From Lytechinus pictus (Eukaryota), in NCBI RefSeq assembly GCF_037042905.1, contig NC_087251.1, forward strand, positions 26,104,001 to 26,168,000: a stretch of DNA of 64,000 nucleotides, written 5' to 3'. Below the pieces are notes generated by a model. That model was not told the origin of the DNA. It ran no database searches and worked only from the letters and a program-made list of their open reading frames with translations. Shown here one piece after another: positions 25,567 to 39,126 of the stretch. Every line of letters begins with the position of its first letter. Position 1 is the stretch's first letter. The position numbers and the translations under genes are program-made.

Positions 25567-28500
25567 GTGAGATCTCAGCTGCATGCCCACCAGCTCCCCT
25601 GGAACGTGAGTCTTGTAAAAAAAAACACCCTGCCCTCACTGCAGTGTGATTGCTTTAACTCTATTCCTTTGTTGGCATTGAAGCTTTAGCGACAGTTGCT
25701 CAGGTAGAAGAGGGGTGGGGTTGGGTAGTCCTGAACAGGTTTGGAAAGATGTGAATTACTTCTAAGGAGTGATGTAATTAGTTATGAAGTGCTGCAATGG
25801 GTGCGGGGGAGCAGTATCTGAATATTTTGCATGATTTAACACATGACTTGATTATGAAGTGCCAATGGGAACCAAGGGTGGTTCACCATGCTGTAAGAAG
25901 CTGGTGTGGGGTCGGTGAAGTCTGCGAACAAATCTAGTTGAAAAATGGTTCCAAACAAATATAACCTATCAAGTTTAGTATCCCATAACACTATGGCAGA
26001 CCAAGGCTTGTCGTCTTCTATGCAGATTTCATGTTACCTTACATTGAGACCTGGCAACCTTTAAGAATTTAATAATTCCTTAATTATGAAGTCCCGAGTG
26101 TGCTGTCCACAGTTTTGTCGGATGTTTCAGCTAGTCTGATTTGGCCTTACATTTCAATATTTTAGGGGCAAGTCTCCTTTCCTTTCCTGTTCTATATTAC
26201 ATCACAAATAAAAAAATTAAATAAATAAATAAACAAGGGCACAATTAACCTACGAGGCCCTTGGATGGGGCATCAAGGCCAGTCAACAGGACATCCATGA
26301 TCTTGTGGCATTGGATTAATTAATCTCTGTATGATTTTATTTCAAATGAGCTCATTTCAATTGTAAAATTAATCTTTGGTAAGTCATCAAATTATTCTAA
26401 ATCAACTTAACTCTTGGTGCCATCTCTGCTTCGTAAAAGAAGGTAGGGTTCAGGTTAACAGTTGCCTTTGTTACTCAATTTGAGATGCAGATTACAGTCC
26501 CCTGGTTTAATAGCGTTAGGTTCAATTTCACTTGGAAATGCCAATCTTCCAGGGGAAAAAATATGAATTCAAGCTGCTGTGCTTTATTTTTTAGGTATCT
26601 CTTATGCAAAATAGCTCATTATAGTTTATTATCAAGCCCTTGTATCGCATCTGATCAACTTCCCTGAATTTGAAATTACATTCATCGTAATAAGTAAAGT
26701 ACAAAAGCGTCATAATGTAGCATACAGGATATAGAGCAATTGTCGCAAGAGCTTCATCTTATTCCCTTATAGTTTTATTTGGCTCAGTGTAAAAATGACT
26801 TTTTATTACAAAATCATAGCACAGGGTCTGTAAATTACAAATTCAAATACAGCTTTATGTTGTGCAATAAACCACATGGACCCATTACATGAAATTTACT
26901 GTCAAAGGTAATTCCTGAATGTTAAAAGCCAATTAAAGCAAAGTTTCCATGGAAGTACCAATTGCAAATTATTGCAAAAAGGATGGCGATTTAATTACAA
27001 CTCAAGTCCCACTTGTGCGCTTCTGTTTTTATTTCAATCAAGTTTTGTTTTTATTCTTTATTTGAGTTCATTTGCATTCATTTGAACACAGTTTTGCACT
27101 GAGCCATTTTTTTTTGGTGCCCAGCCCTGCTTAAAGGTTCTTGCAGTAAAAGAAAAAGACAAAATTTACCTTTCGAATTCACCCCCTACCCCCCCCCAAA
27201 AAAAAAAATTAAAAGGAGGAGCATGAATGATAAAGGGTACCTTTTCAGACAAAGTAAAGGTTTTCTGTAACATTAAAATTTGTCTATAGTTACACTTTTA
27301 ACCCAGTTCAGTTTTCTGCATGTTTATGATAACATGGCTATGTACATGGTAAAGTATAAACATTGCTAAAAACTAAAAGCTTGTGTAAACTATTAAAATT
27401 GAGACTGTCTCATATAAGATGTACAGATCTCTATATTAAACATGACATTCTGATTCCATTGCATCAATGCATGCATTTTGAAAATTTTAGTGATTTTTCC
27501 CCTTTTTCAGCAACTGCAAGAACCTTAACTATATAAACCCATAAGAGCCCATTATGAAGCTTGAACAAATGTGCTCAATGAAAAAAGGGGGGGGGGAAAG
27601 AAGAAGAAATAGAAAATCATTCCTTTTAAACTCCCAAATCAAAAGCAAGTATGTACAGTGTATGTAATCCCCTGTTTTGCTGTTATTGTGTTTGATGTGC
27701 TTTTTCAAGAGGTCAAAAACGTGTGGCTGTATACTCTCTTCTAGTAGATATATATATACATGTATTTATGTTTGTTTTCAGAGTGTTTGATATAAACCCT
27801 TGAAACAAAGGCATTTTGATGCATGAGAATTTCTGTGATAGAAAAATAAGAATGAATAGACTAAGAAAAGGTAAAAATGTGATTTACCCAAAGACATTGG
27901 AGCAAAATTCTTAAGGGTGCAGTCCCATTTCCCGTATGGCGATCGTACAGCAAGTCGAAAGTTAACATTTTACGTACCAGCTTCATATAGGTGGTTTGAA
28001 AAAAAGAAAGAATAAAACGGCTGTTTTCGAGTTGCCGTGTGGCCGCCGTAGGGGAAATGTGACTGCAGCATAATTCATTCACTGACAAAATGTTAAAAAG
28101 AAGAAACAAGACATGCAGTTTAAGTTGTTTTCATTCAAACACTTACTGTTAATTAATGTTATTGGCAGTTCCTTCTTGTAATCATTCTAATCTATCAAAA
28201 AATACTTCAACTAGTGATTTGATTTTTTTCCATTTGTGAATGATAATTTAATGTATCTAGTGAACAAAATGCAAAAACTATATACATTTTAAGTATTATT
28301 CTTACTATTCATTACAATATTAATTTATTCAAATTTACCATATGGCTTCATTATGGGCATTTATGGGTTATGATTTATATTTTTTATTTGCTTTGTATTG
28401 TTATTAATGGATTGTTGTGACATTGATACATCTTTATATTGGTGTTTAACATCAAGTATTCTCCTTGTTTTTTATATTTCTGTTACAAATAAGTCTTTAG

Positions 28501-29520
28501 AAATTCATATCAGTATTCCATTGATTTCATCCAAGATTTATATCATGGCAGCTTGGTATTAGGTAGTCAAATATTAACTCCCTGTATGTGACAATCGGTG
28601 CTTAGTATATCTCCCCAATCTGTGATTTGATATGACCGTGTAATATTCCCGAGTCTTCTGTGTCAAACTGATGTGGAGCTTTTGATGTACTTGCATTCTG
28701 ATTTTTGTGCAACCCCTAGAAAGAAAAAAGAACCAATCCCCAATTTTGTTTTCCATCTGTGTTCGTGCAAGTAGTGAACCTTTCAGGATCGAGGGCTGTC
28801 CCATGTTGCATCGTGACATTTGAAATTGATGTTGTTATGATATCAAACAGCCTTCATAGATATCAACTTGAGAGTAACATAGCAACCCGCATCCAACAAA
28901 GTGAAAAAATACTGCATTGGTATAGAATCGTTGGTTTATGCTTGTACTCCACCTCATCTAATATTTCTGTATATTGTCATGCAGGTCATCTTTGATGAGG
29001 AAAAACATTTTTTCTTGTCATGAATTTGAATCAGTTCATAATCAACACTGTTTTTCTTTCAAGCTCATTGACTGCATGCCTCATCAGTGGAAGACAGCCC
29101 ATACATACCTGCATACATGTAGAAGAATCCTGGTTGAGATTTTTCTTGCGCTCAAATCCATCTTTACAACCTTCGTTATCACCTTTCTAAACTTTCCTTA
29201 TCAGCATTTCATAGTTGCATTTTGAAAGACATGACTGACTACAAATAAAAAATAAATGCAACCATGATTTTGAACTAAACATCTTTAGAAATTATGTTAC
29301 TAGTGTAAAAGAATGTCAACTGAACATTTCCTTGGTTACACTGGCAGCAAGCTGAATCAATATGCAAACGCAATATTTTTTTTTTTTTATACTGGGGTCA
29401 AAGTTTCCTGTGTATTTGAATATGAATTGAATTGAATTTATTGGAACATCATTAGCATTTGCCAGTATTCTGTTCAAAACCAAAATACAAAATAATAAAA
29501 AAGATAATTTGATGAACATT

Positions 29521-30184
29521 TCGTCGGCAGTCATCCGAACCGTCGTATCAGTCATTTTTGGTCCAAAAAAAATTCAAATTTGTGATTTTTGCAGAAAATG
29601 AAAATACAAGTCCTACTCTATTCATAACAAAAATTTTAGGCAGCAATTTATTTTATTTTCTGAGATAGATTTTCACGGCGATGCCATACAAATTTTTAAT
29701 AAAATGTGCAAATCCCGTTGGAAATGTGTACTGTAACAGAGCGATACAACGTTTTGACTGGCCGCGATTTCAATGTGCGCGGTCAACCAAACCGTCGTAT
29801 CGGCACTGGGCACTGCATTGACTTTGCACGTGAAAAGCGATACAACATTTTTAATGGTCGCGCGCATTGAAATCGCGGTCAGTCAAAACGTTGTATCGCT
29901 TTTTCCCTATGGCGTTTTTGTACAGGGAAAATCTAAGTTGCTCAAATCAAAATTACAAGCATGTAGCTCTTTTGCTATATTTTCTTGGATCCTTACTTTT
30001 GTGTAAAAATTAAGATACCAATGTCAAGCAATTTTCTTGATCTTCCCAACCATGTATTTTTCAAGCAATGAATATGTTGTAAGGCTTGGGAACTAAGCAT
30101 GAAAATTATAGTAAACTTTGAAGTCTATTTTCTCTGAAATGGGTTTGCACCTTTGTATGTGTGATACGACGGTTCAGATGACGA
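29521..30184. mobile_element. Non-autonomous TIR element, copy 1
   Basis: TIR gtcatccgaaccgtcgtatca / tgatacgacggttcagatgac, internal inverted repeat gcgatacaacgttttgactg...cagtcaaaacgttgtatcgc; collinear second copy at 39261-39942. Confidence 0.85.
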
Positions 30185-30276
30185 TTTGAGGAAAAATAAC
30201 TCAAGGTAAAACAAGGTACATGTATAGCCAAATATTAAATATGTATATATGTTTGAGTACTGAAGTACATCAATTA

Positions 30277-30684
30277 CCGTGTTTACATTTGATCGGCTTT
30301 TGGTTCAGAATCAAAAGCCGATGCAGAATCGGCTTTTGGTTTATCTTGCACTGCGTTTACACGCTGTTACAGCTCGTGGTGCAGAATCGACTCGCGTGTC
30401 AAAAACCTAAAAATTACGCACACCAACAATATACGTCATAATGAAGACAACGCTGGATCCGTGCGCTTACAATTACGTCACAATGGTAAAGTAAATGAAA
30501 TGCGCACCAATTGCCGTTGCAGAATCGGCTTTCTGTTTACACCTAGTAAAAAAGCAGATTCTGCATTGGCTCGCGGTTCTGAACCTACTACTTTGGTGGT
30601 GAAAATTGCCGATTCTGAACCGCGAGCCGATGCAAGTTAATCGCGTTTACACGCTATGAAAAAGCCGATTAAATGTAAACACGG
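30277..30684. mobile_element. MITE with ~24-bp TIR, TA flanks
   Basis: TA|ccgtgtttacatttgatcggcttt ... aaagccgattaaatgtaaacacgg|TA; internal gcagaatcggc and gtttacac repeats. Confidence 0.82.
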
Positions 30685-30802
30685 TATATGTGAAGATGGC
30701 ATCCTTGAATGGATTCTGTCCATACTCACAGAGTGGTCTAACATGCAAATTTATCAAGAAGAACATATTTCAAATTACTCTCATGGATCAGTCATTACAG
30801 AG

Positions 30803-31197
30803 AATTTGGTGGATTCACAATACGGTGCGCCATCTATCGGTTGCAGCGGACAGGCCAAAATTAGCAATGCCTCACAGAAAAAAGTTGACATCTGTATGTT
30901 GAGCGCGCTGTGTATGCATGCAATATGCTGCGCTGGCCGATGCGGTGTAGCTGGCTTGCATAATTTACCAGGGTCCAGGAGGTGGGAGAGAAATTTACCG
31001 CACATTTCTTTGCGAAATTTAGACCGTTTCTGTTTCATTCTTCTGCTTTTGCCATATGGTTTTCATGTTCTAAGCATCTCAGTCATATTACAGGACACTA
31101 GCACTGTATGCTGCACGCGATACTGATCCCAAAGTTAGAAATTGACCTGTCCGCTGCAACTGATAGATAGCGCACCGTATTGTGAATCCACCAAATT
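30803..31197. mobile_element. MITE-like element with ~55-bp TIR
   Basis: aatttggtggattcacaatacggtgcgccatctatcggttgcagcggacagg is nearly the exact reverse complement of 31146-31197. Confidence 0.82.
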
Positions 31198-31268
31198 GCT
31201 TTGGTTTATTTTCAATATTCACATTTATGTGGGATGAGTCCCCACTGGCTTGTTCCAGTGTTCATTCC

Positions 31269-31500
31269 TGAAAAGTTCCTTTTTATCTTTCAATATTTTT
31301 TTTATATATGAATCGACATCAACAGTAACAAAATAGTTACAGATACAGAATTACAAATCACAGAAAAAAAAATTGTTCTTGAAAAGTTTATTTTTATTTT
31401 TCAATATTTCTTTGATAAATGAATCGACATCAACAGTTACAAAATAATTACAGATACAAAATTACAAATCACAGGGAAAAAAAATTGTTCTTGAAAAGTT
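31269..31500. repeat. Tandem duplication, ~111-bp unit x2
   Basis: tgaaaagtt...atgaatcgacatcaacagt.acaaaata.ttacagataca.aattacaaatcacag...aattgttct repeated. Confidence 0.85.
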
Positions 31501-31603
31501 TGTGTGAATATTGTCTTAGTTTCGGACCCCAGTTTAAATGTCATCTGCTTGATCTCTTGTTTGAAAAAAAAAAAAATAACCAAAAGAAAAAAAAGACAAT
31601 GAA

Positions 31604-31735
31604 ACAGCAAATCTACCACATACGTTTATTATCCTTACATCATTCTTTAAATACTGACTTTCTAAGCATCTCAGTCATATTACAGCAAATCTACCACGTA
31701 CGTTTATTAACTTTACATCATTCTATAAATACTGA
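31604..31735. repeat. Tandem duplication, ~78-bp unit x1.7
   Basis: acagcaaatctaccac.tacgtttatta..ttacatcattct.taaatactga occurs twice. Confidence 0.8.
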
Positions 31736-33564
31736 ATTCGGTTGGATCTCGAAAGTTCTAGTGTCTTTTCCAGTTTGGTACACCTCATACCATGCTCATG
31801 AATACTAATATAAGGATTGGAGTGCTCTGTGGTTGAAACCAATCTTGATATATATCTCCAAGTTAGTTGCCTTTCTATCCTTCTCTTTGGACTTTGATTT
31901 TATGTCAGATATTTTTCTTATTTTTAAGCTAAACTCAATTTATATTCAGAGTGAACAATGGTTTTTATGTTTAGTCAGAAGGACTTGAAAATCAAGTATT
32001 GTCGTCAAATACATTGTATCTAAATCTAGTAAGTTTTAACAGGGTTTGCTTTAAATCAGCTTTCATAGGCACATTTCATTGCTTTGAAATAGACTGTATA
32101 CTGTAGACTGTATTGTTATAAGATTTAATTAATTAAATAGAGATATTTTCATCCATTTTAAGGAATAAAAATTGTGATTAAATATGTAGAGGTATTCTTT
32201 TTACAAATTCAAACATTCACATGAAAACAAGTTTGAATGTTGGCCATATTAATTTTTTTCTCAGTACAGACAATAACCTTAATAATTAAAAAATTATACA
32301 TACTATTGCTCCATAACAGATAGTTTAGGGGTTGATCATAGAGCTGATTATTTTATTGATAACATGGATCATTATTATGACTGTGCAATCAATCATAAAA
32401 CCAACTTTCCATCAATTGTTAAGCTCTGTGTCAGGGACCCTGTTCATTTTCCTGTTTTAAAATCAAATATACTGTGTAGTTGTGTTTTAAATATTATTTG
32501 TTAATTATTATCATATTCATTTTTAACTTATAACCAGCATACCATTTAAATGGTAGAGGCTATTTATGGCTCAACAGCATTTTGTCATAACATGCATATA
32601 GAGTAACATGTACGCTTCTGCACTTAAACTGAATTCAGACATGTAATAATGTAATCTAGTTTATTGATCACTACCAGGAAATTTCAAATTAGATTAGAGG
32701 GCACCTGAGTAAATTTATCTGGAGCAAATCTACCATTTACTCTGTTTTTCCCCCTTTTTAATGAAATTTCCATTTTGGTGGCATTTAAACATGAAAATGT
32801 GGATCTGCAGATGAACGTTTCTTTGACAAAATAATGATGTTTGCTTTATTCTCTTTATTCAACTTTTATTTCCTTTCTGCCCATTACAATGCCTTTGAGA
32901 AAATAAATCAGACAGGAATTGAGTTTTAGAGTGCTTTCAATATTTTCATGTAAATAACATATATTACAAAACAATTTTTCTATGCATGTTTATCCTGATA
33001 CGCTCTTTCTCTTGCTCCATAAATCCATCCAGATTTAAATTGAATAAACCTCTTTCCTCTGATGTGTATTTGGGAATTTATTCCTAAAAAGCATGTCATA
33101 AGAAACTGGTGCATTGTGAGCCAAAGTGAATATTGCCAATATTTTTCCCCGGGGGTCGTGCAAATTATTCTGAAAGTAATCGCATTACAGAGCCTCGCCA
33201 CCCTCTCCGTATTGTATATTCGTTGTTTTGCTGTGCACTGTTACGTGACTTCTAACTGACCCGTTCCTTCCTGTTTTGACAGGCTGGACATTGATCAGTA
33301 ATGGATGGTGGTCAGTGATAGTGGACATTAGGCTCTTCAGGTCAAGGCATTAACACATTTGCATCCTTGTAAGATTTTGACACCTTTTGATATTCTGGTG
33401 TCCCCATGCTACGTCCCTTTATATTTCTCTCACTTCATTCTCCGAGAAATGACATAATTTTTTTAACGAAGTAGGTAATAAATTGTTATTAAGTGAAAAG
33501 AGACAGTTTTATTTCATGTGATTTTTCTTTAAATTCTATTTGTCACAATCCTATCCTACATCTG

Positions 33565-34563
33565 GGCCCCGTCTTACAAAGAATTGTGATTGATCCGATC
33601 AATCGCAACTATGGAAAGCCAACAACGTCAACATATAAAATGCATGTTTGTTTTAAAAAATTCTAGATATAAATGTATATCCATAAATTCATTGATTTCT
33701 TGACAATTTGGTGCAATTTTGCACGGCGGGGACAATTCCCCTTCCATGCCATGAAATTCCGGGCATAATGTAAACAAAATGAAGGTTGATAACGCATATA
33801 AGGGCTACCCAGCCCTCTTCCAGAGATAAAAGTTACTTGTAAAATAATTTCAGCCAAAAACCCTCATAGTAAAAGACATTTGTTGTGTTTATACTCTGCG
33901 TTTTAACCAAGTCTACACAGCTTGATAAAGCAAAGCACGGTTAATATTTTTCAGATTTTAAAGTATTTTTTTATTCTAATGATCATTTTGATGCCATAAA
34001 ATTATTTTCAGGATCTCATACACACTTTTTAGGCATGTGAGAAGCATAAACCAACATTCACTCTGATCAATCTTAAAGTAACACATAAAACAAGTTTATA
34101 TACTTCACATTGTTTAGCGTAATTTTTCTTTTCACAGATAGGTTTTAAGCAGCCAATCAAAATTTGGTATCAAAGTGACGTCATATGGGCTTTAAATTAT
34201 GTTCAGTCGATTCTACGCCCAAAATTACCCTTAATCTACATGTTAAAGTAAAAATATAACACGGAAAATAATTTTGGCGCACTTTCAACTCATTCTGGCC
34301 CACTGTGCGACGCCCACATGCGCAGAAGTCCGCTCTATCAACGCTCGAGTCACCGCTAAACCAACGCTCACGACCGCTCGCCACCGTTAAACCAACACTA
34401 AAGCTACGCTGGCTTCAGCAGTGCACCGCTAAGGCAACGCCCATGTTTTCGATTTTTTCCCCAAATTTTGTGAGCGGTGACGAGCGTTGTCGAAATTTTC
34501 GACCCTCTCTTCCTACCGCTCCAACAACGCTCGGGCGGTGTGACCAGGCCTTAAGACGGAGCC
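33565..34563. mobile_element. Composite Harbinger-like element (MITE ends enclosing a fragment of a second element)
   Basis: Left end ggccccgtcttacaaagaattgtgattgatccgatcaatcgcaac; right end only taagacggagcc, directly preceded by a second, CpG-rich terminus ...gcggtgtgaccaggcct|TAA. Confidence 0.65.
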
Positions 34564-37500
34564 CAGATCAGTTTATGGAATTTATTTACAATTAGTATCA
34601 AGTAGACTATTTTCAATTAATTTCAGCTACTAGCATTTTATTTTAAGTGTATGTTGCTATTCCTTTTACTTTTGTGTATTTGTTATTAAGTTGTTCTTTT
34701 TCAGTTTCAGATTAACAGTGCTTTTGGTAGTACATTTTGATGGTATGTGTGGTTGATTTAAATTAATGTTAGTCTCTGATGTACTTCCTGTCATTGTTTT
34801 GCGATAAGAATATGGTTTTGTTTTTGACAGCCATTTACATTTTTTTAATAGTAAAAAGTAATAGGGCTTTAATTTTTTCCTATCTAGTCAAACATTACTT
34901 TAAAAATCCAGTTTTCTTTCTGATTCCATTTATGAAATTAGATGACAAAATTCCCAGTCATGCTGAAAATCAGGGCAGCAAAGTGGTTTCTGTATTCAAG
35001 CTAATACGTTCTGCTGAAAGGCAAAATGACAAATATGATTTGTTTCCCCTTGCCACCACACTGCAACATATTCAATATTTCATGGTCACAATCACATGGC
35101 TTTTTTGCTTTCAGTCACGTCTACATCCCAACTCATTTTCTGATTCTGTTGAAATTCACTCCGTGCAATTATCACCCCTTTCAGTGTCATTTGACATCCA
35201 GTGGCACGTGGCTTAGCATATTAATTGATGTTTATAACTGATATTGGATATCTGATGTACTGCTGTTTCTCCAATACTTCAACACAGGCTGGATGCAATA
35301 TTGAAGACATTATTTTGTCTAACATTAATTTATTTTCTTTTTATAGGAAATTCATGCTGGAAAACAATGGAAGATTCATGATTTTTTTATCAAGGGGATA
35401 CTTAAATCTCTGAAAATTCAGGCTAAAGTGTCCTATCTGCAACTGTTAAAATTTATAAGACAAAAAACTCAACATGTATCCAATATTGGAAATAAAAACT
35501 TTTCTCAATAGCTTTATAGTATTCAGTCAATATTAATATATAAATGAAATATTGATACATGTATTAGGGTTGTTTCAAGATGTATATATATTTTTGTGAG
35601 AAAAAAAATTGTAGAAATATACATGTGTTTACTCTTCTAGACAGTTTTTTTTTCTTATATGTCTAGTCTGAAATCAAATCATAACAATATCATTTTGACA
35701 AGATTATTGAATATGATCATAAAAACAAGCCGAAAATCCCAACAAGAGCAAATGTGATTAAGGGAATTACCCTTCATGTTAATATGTTTTATTTATATTA
35801 AATCAGCAGGATGTTATACAAAATAATCTACTAGTATATGAGACTATCATCGTTTGCTTATTTCAACATACCCACTTGGCTTTATATGAATAAATCTAAT
35901 GATTTGTGATAAAGTAAATATGATCAGAAGTTTATATGATCTCATTCACAAGTCTTCGGACTTTTGGGGCTGGGTGGGTTTTGGGGTTTTTTTCACATCG
36001 GTTTAGAGCAGCCCATGTAAACAAGCCTCGACGCGTCACATGATATGGATGAACCAGTTTGAAATGAACCTTCAAGCAGTGTATGACATCTTCATTTCAA
36101 ATCCCTACCTTCATTACCCCAACATAGCAATATCATTCAGATAGGTTATTGCGTTCTCTTTCTACACAATAATTTGCATGAAAGTCTGTGACAGATGTGA
36201 CAGTGAAATGTATATGTGGGGCTAATAGACCCTGAAATGTGCAAAATAGCTCCTGCAATTTGCAATTTGCAAAAAAAATATGAGTAGATTACTATTGGAT
36301 TTAATAGAAATACATGGGAATAGACAGAATCAGTGAAATAGCCAAGTCCCCCCCCCCCCCATACAGAAAATATTTTATTTTCCTATCATCTGATAAACTA
36401 CACCCCCCCCAAAAAAGTTAATATTTAAGAAATCTTCGTACAACAACAAATGTTTATTGACTAAATATTTGAAATAGCATTCACATTATACAGTATGCAT
36501 TCATGTATGAATGATTAATGTTTGGTGAACTGCTCATGATTGCTTAATGCTACTGTATTTTATTTTTAGAAAGAAAGGTAACTAATGAATTGGAAATTTC
36601 AAGCCAGGGTAATGTAAAGTTCATGGTTATAGATAAATATTTGAACATTGAATACATTTTTTATTAACAAAATTTCTTTAATATGTAGTGCAGGGGTGGC
36701 TTTTATTGATTATTTTAATACAAAATCTGTTATTAGTTCTCCCCCTGTGTAAAAAATGGAGAGGACACAAATGGATAAAAAAAGACCACCCCCTTCCACC
36801 ACAAACAACCTACCCTTTTCATTTGGAAGTAGGGCTATGTTGTGCTTATGATATTCATCTGGGGACTTACCATCTTCTTTGTAACCCCCCCCCCCCATTA
36901 CTCACAAATGAGAATTAATGGACCCATGTTTAAATCATGGTGCGGGGAGGGGGGGCACTGGCAGTGTTAAAAAAATTAGTTGAATATACCATTGCTTTTC
37001 ACTGCCCCCCCCCCTCCCATTGCATATGAAAATGAGAATTTTTTCAAATTATTGTCCATCATTGAAAGAAAACCCAAGAAGTATTTAAGAGATTTAGGGT
37101 GTGTTCAATGTTGGTTTCCAAATTTAAACGGCAACATGAAAAATGATTGAAAACGTGATTACAAAACGCGGATATAATGAGAAACAAATGATGTGTTCAA
37201 TGTCCTCCATTCCTGGTCATGATAGTAAATGCCTTTAAAATCATGATTCCAAGGAAAATTTAAACGTAAAAAAAGACGCGTTTGTAAACGCAACCAGCTC
37301 AAATTTTACGACCTTGAGCATCGCAAATGCGACATTGAACACTATTGAGTTTTGAAACGTCTTTAAATTTGCTCTCACAGTGGAAGCCTACACTTAAACA
37401 GGTGCCAGAACTAACCTTTCTTGTGATGGGTCAAACTGCGCACTAAAGCTGTGCTAACGAAAGCGGGAAATTTAAAGATGAGCAACATATAAACAGCTTT

Positions 37501-38210
37501 ATATTTTCAACACTAAATGGTGCACCACTGATCGTGTTTGCATTTGGTATTTAGTAATTTTTTTGTGTGTATTTTATATATGTTTTATTGGGTTAACACA
37601 GAGCAAGTATTTACAAAAATAACAAATCAAACATAATTGAACTATTTACAAGTAATCATAATATCATTAGAAGAAAAAAAAAATAATAATAATAAAAGCG
37701 GAAAGTTTTATTCAACACTCTCTCTTCACCCCCCCCCCCTATATTAATAGGATCCATTATTAATGGACCCTGTTGGAAAATCAGTGAAAATATGGGTAAG
37801 TTTCACATTGAATATAGGCCTATCCCCTCCCCCTCCCCGTAAATCACTTTCCAACATCTGCATCATCACTCTTCGCACTCTCACACCCCCCCCCCTTCCC
37901 ATTACACACAAATGAGAATTAATGCACCTCATGGTCACATCACTGAAAAAACACTGGATCGCTAAATCCCATTTAGATGCATTAAACCATGGAGCTACTC
38001 TCTACCTGCTAGAAAATGAGATTGATTGCAAAGGTGCAGGAGCCATGTTATATGTGACTGGGATTGACCGATGATTCACAATTGAGTCAATAATAAAAGG
38101 GAGAAATGTAGATGTAGGAATGTGATTGTGAGTCAGCATCACAGCCATTCTCCTCATGAGAGAGGCCAGCAACGTTTGAGGTGTTGAATAGATGGAGACA
38201 CACATACAAT

Positions 38211-38764
38211 CCCGGGGGGGCCACTTACATTGACGAGTGGATACCATGCGCGACCAAAAAAACACGTAAAAAGGTTGTCTTTTTTAAGATAGGGCACGTT
38301 ACGTACGTAACGTGATAAGGGTGTCAAAAACACAAAATTAATGAAAAAAGGGTATCTATTTCGCTAGGAAAGTTACGTGTTTAGGGTCAAATTTGCGGGG
38401 ATGATAAAACAAACATAAAATGTTAAAAAGGATGTCCTTTTTGCCCCAACACTACGTGTTTAGAGTCCGATTTGCGCGAGGTGTGGAAAGTACTAAACCA
38501 AATGATGTGTAAAGGTAAAACCGACGACCGAAGGACCCGTGACATAACAATAAAATATTCCTGTACTTGTTTAGGGATTCATTTCAGGGAATACTTGTCA
38601 ACAGTATCGTTTTGTTTCCAATACTTGTTAAGGGTAGGGTTTTACACGCCAATACTTGTTAAGGGGTGCATTTTCAGTATATAGATAATACGTGTTTAGG
38701 GTGCTTTTCGAGACCCCATGGTCGCGCATGGTATCCACTCGTGAATGGAAGTGGCCCCCCCGGG
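38211..38764. mobile_element. Non-autonomous TIR DNA transposon, 8-bp TSD, superfamily unassigned
   Basis: CATACAAT|CCCGGGGGGGCCACTT...gagtggataccatgcgcgacc ... ggtcgcgcatggtatccactc...AAGTGGCCCCCCCGGG|CATACAAT; internal acgtgtttaggg and aatacttgttaaggg repeats. Confidence 0.92.
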
Positions 38765-39126
38765 CATACAATACAACACATTTTTGGGGTAAGAATATAA
38801 ATCATGAACAAGTACTGAGTGACAAATGTAGATTCATCTTGAGATTGTCTGTTAAAACTCTTGAATTCTATATTGGTCAACTTATGCTACCACATTGTTG
38901 AAATTGTACATTAAAAAAAAATCAAATAAAAATGGAGTTATGCTTTGAAAACAAAAGGGAAATTAGAAATGCAGAATATTCTCTCAAGGCATGACATTTC
39001 AGGCATGAAGGTATGATATTACCAATTCCTTTGACAGTTGTGATATTGCTCTAGAAATGAGATAAACATTGAAGTATGGTTGATTGGAAACCGTTTTAGC
39101 TGTTGGCAGTTGACCTTTTACTTTAA

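Noticed and set aside
27491..27876. Two AG acceptors with pyrimidine tracts (near 27510 and 27781) and nearby TGCATG motifs
   Set aside because: In-frame stops follow, branch points are not evident and donors are poor; such sites are expected by chance in T-rich introns.
30656..31126. 156-aa ORF
   Set aside because: It spans the junction of two MITEs and has no recognisable domain or splice support.
37095..37430. Harbinger-like left end gggtgtgttcaatg with CpG-rich interior
   Set aside because: No matching terminus or TSD could be defined; probably a truncated repeat.
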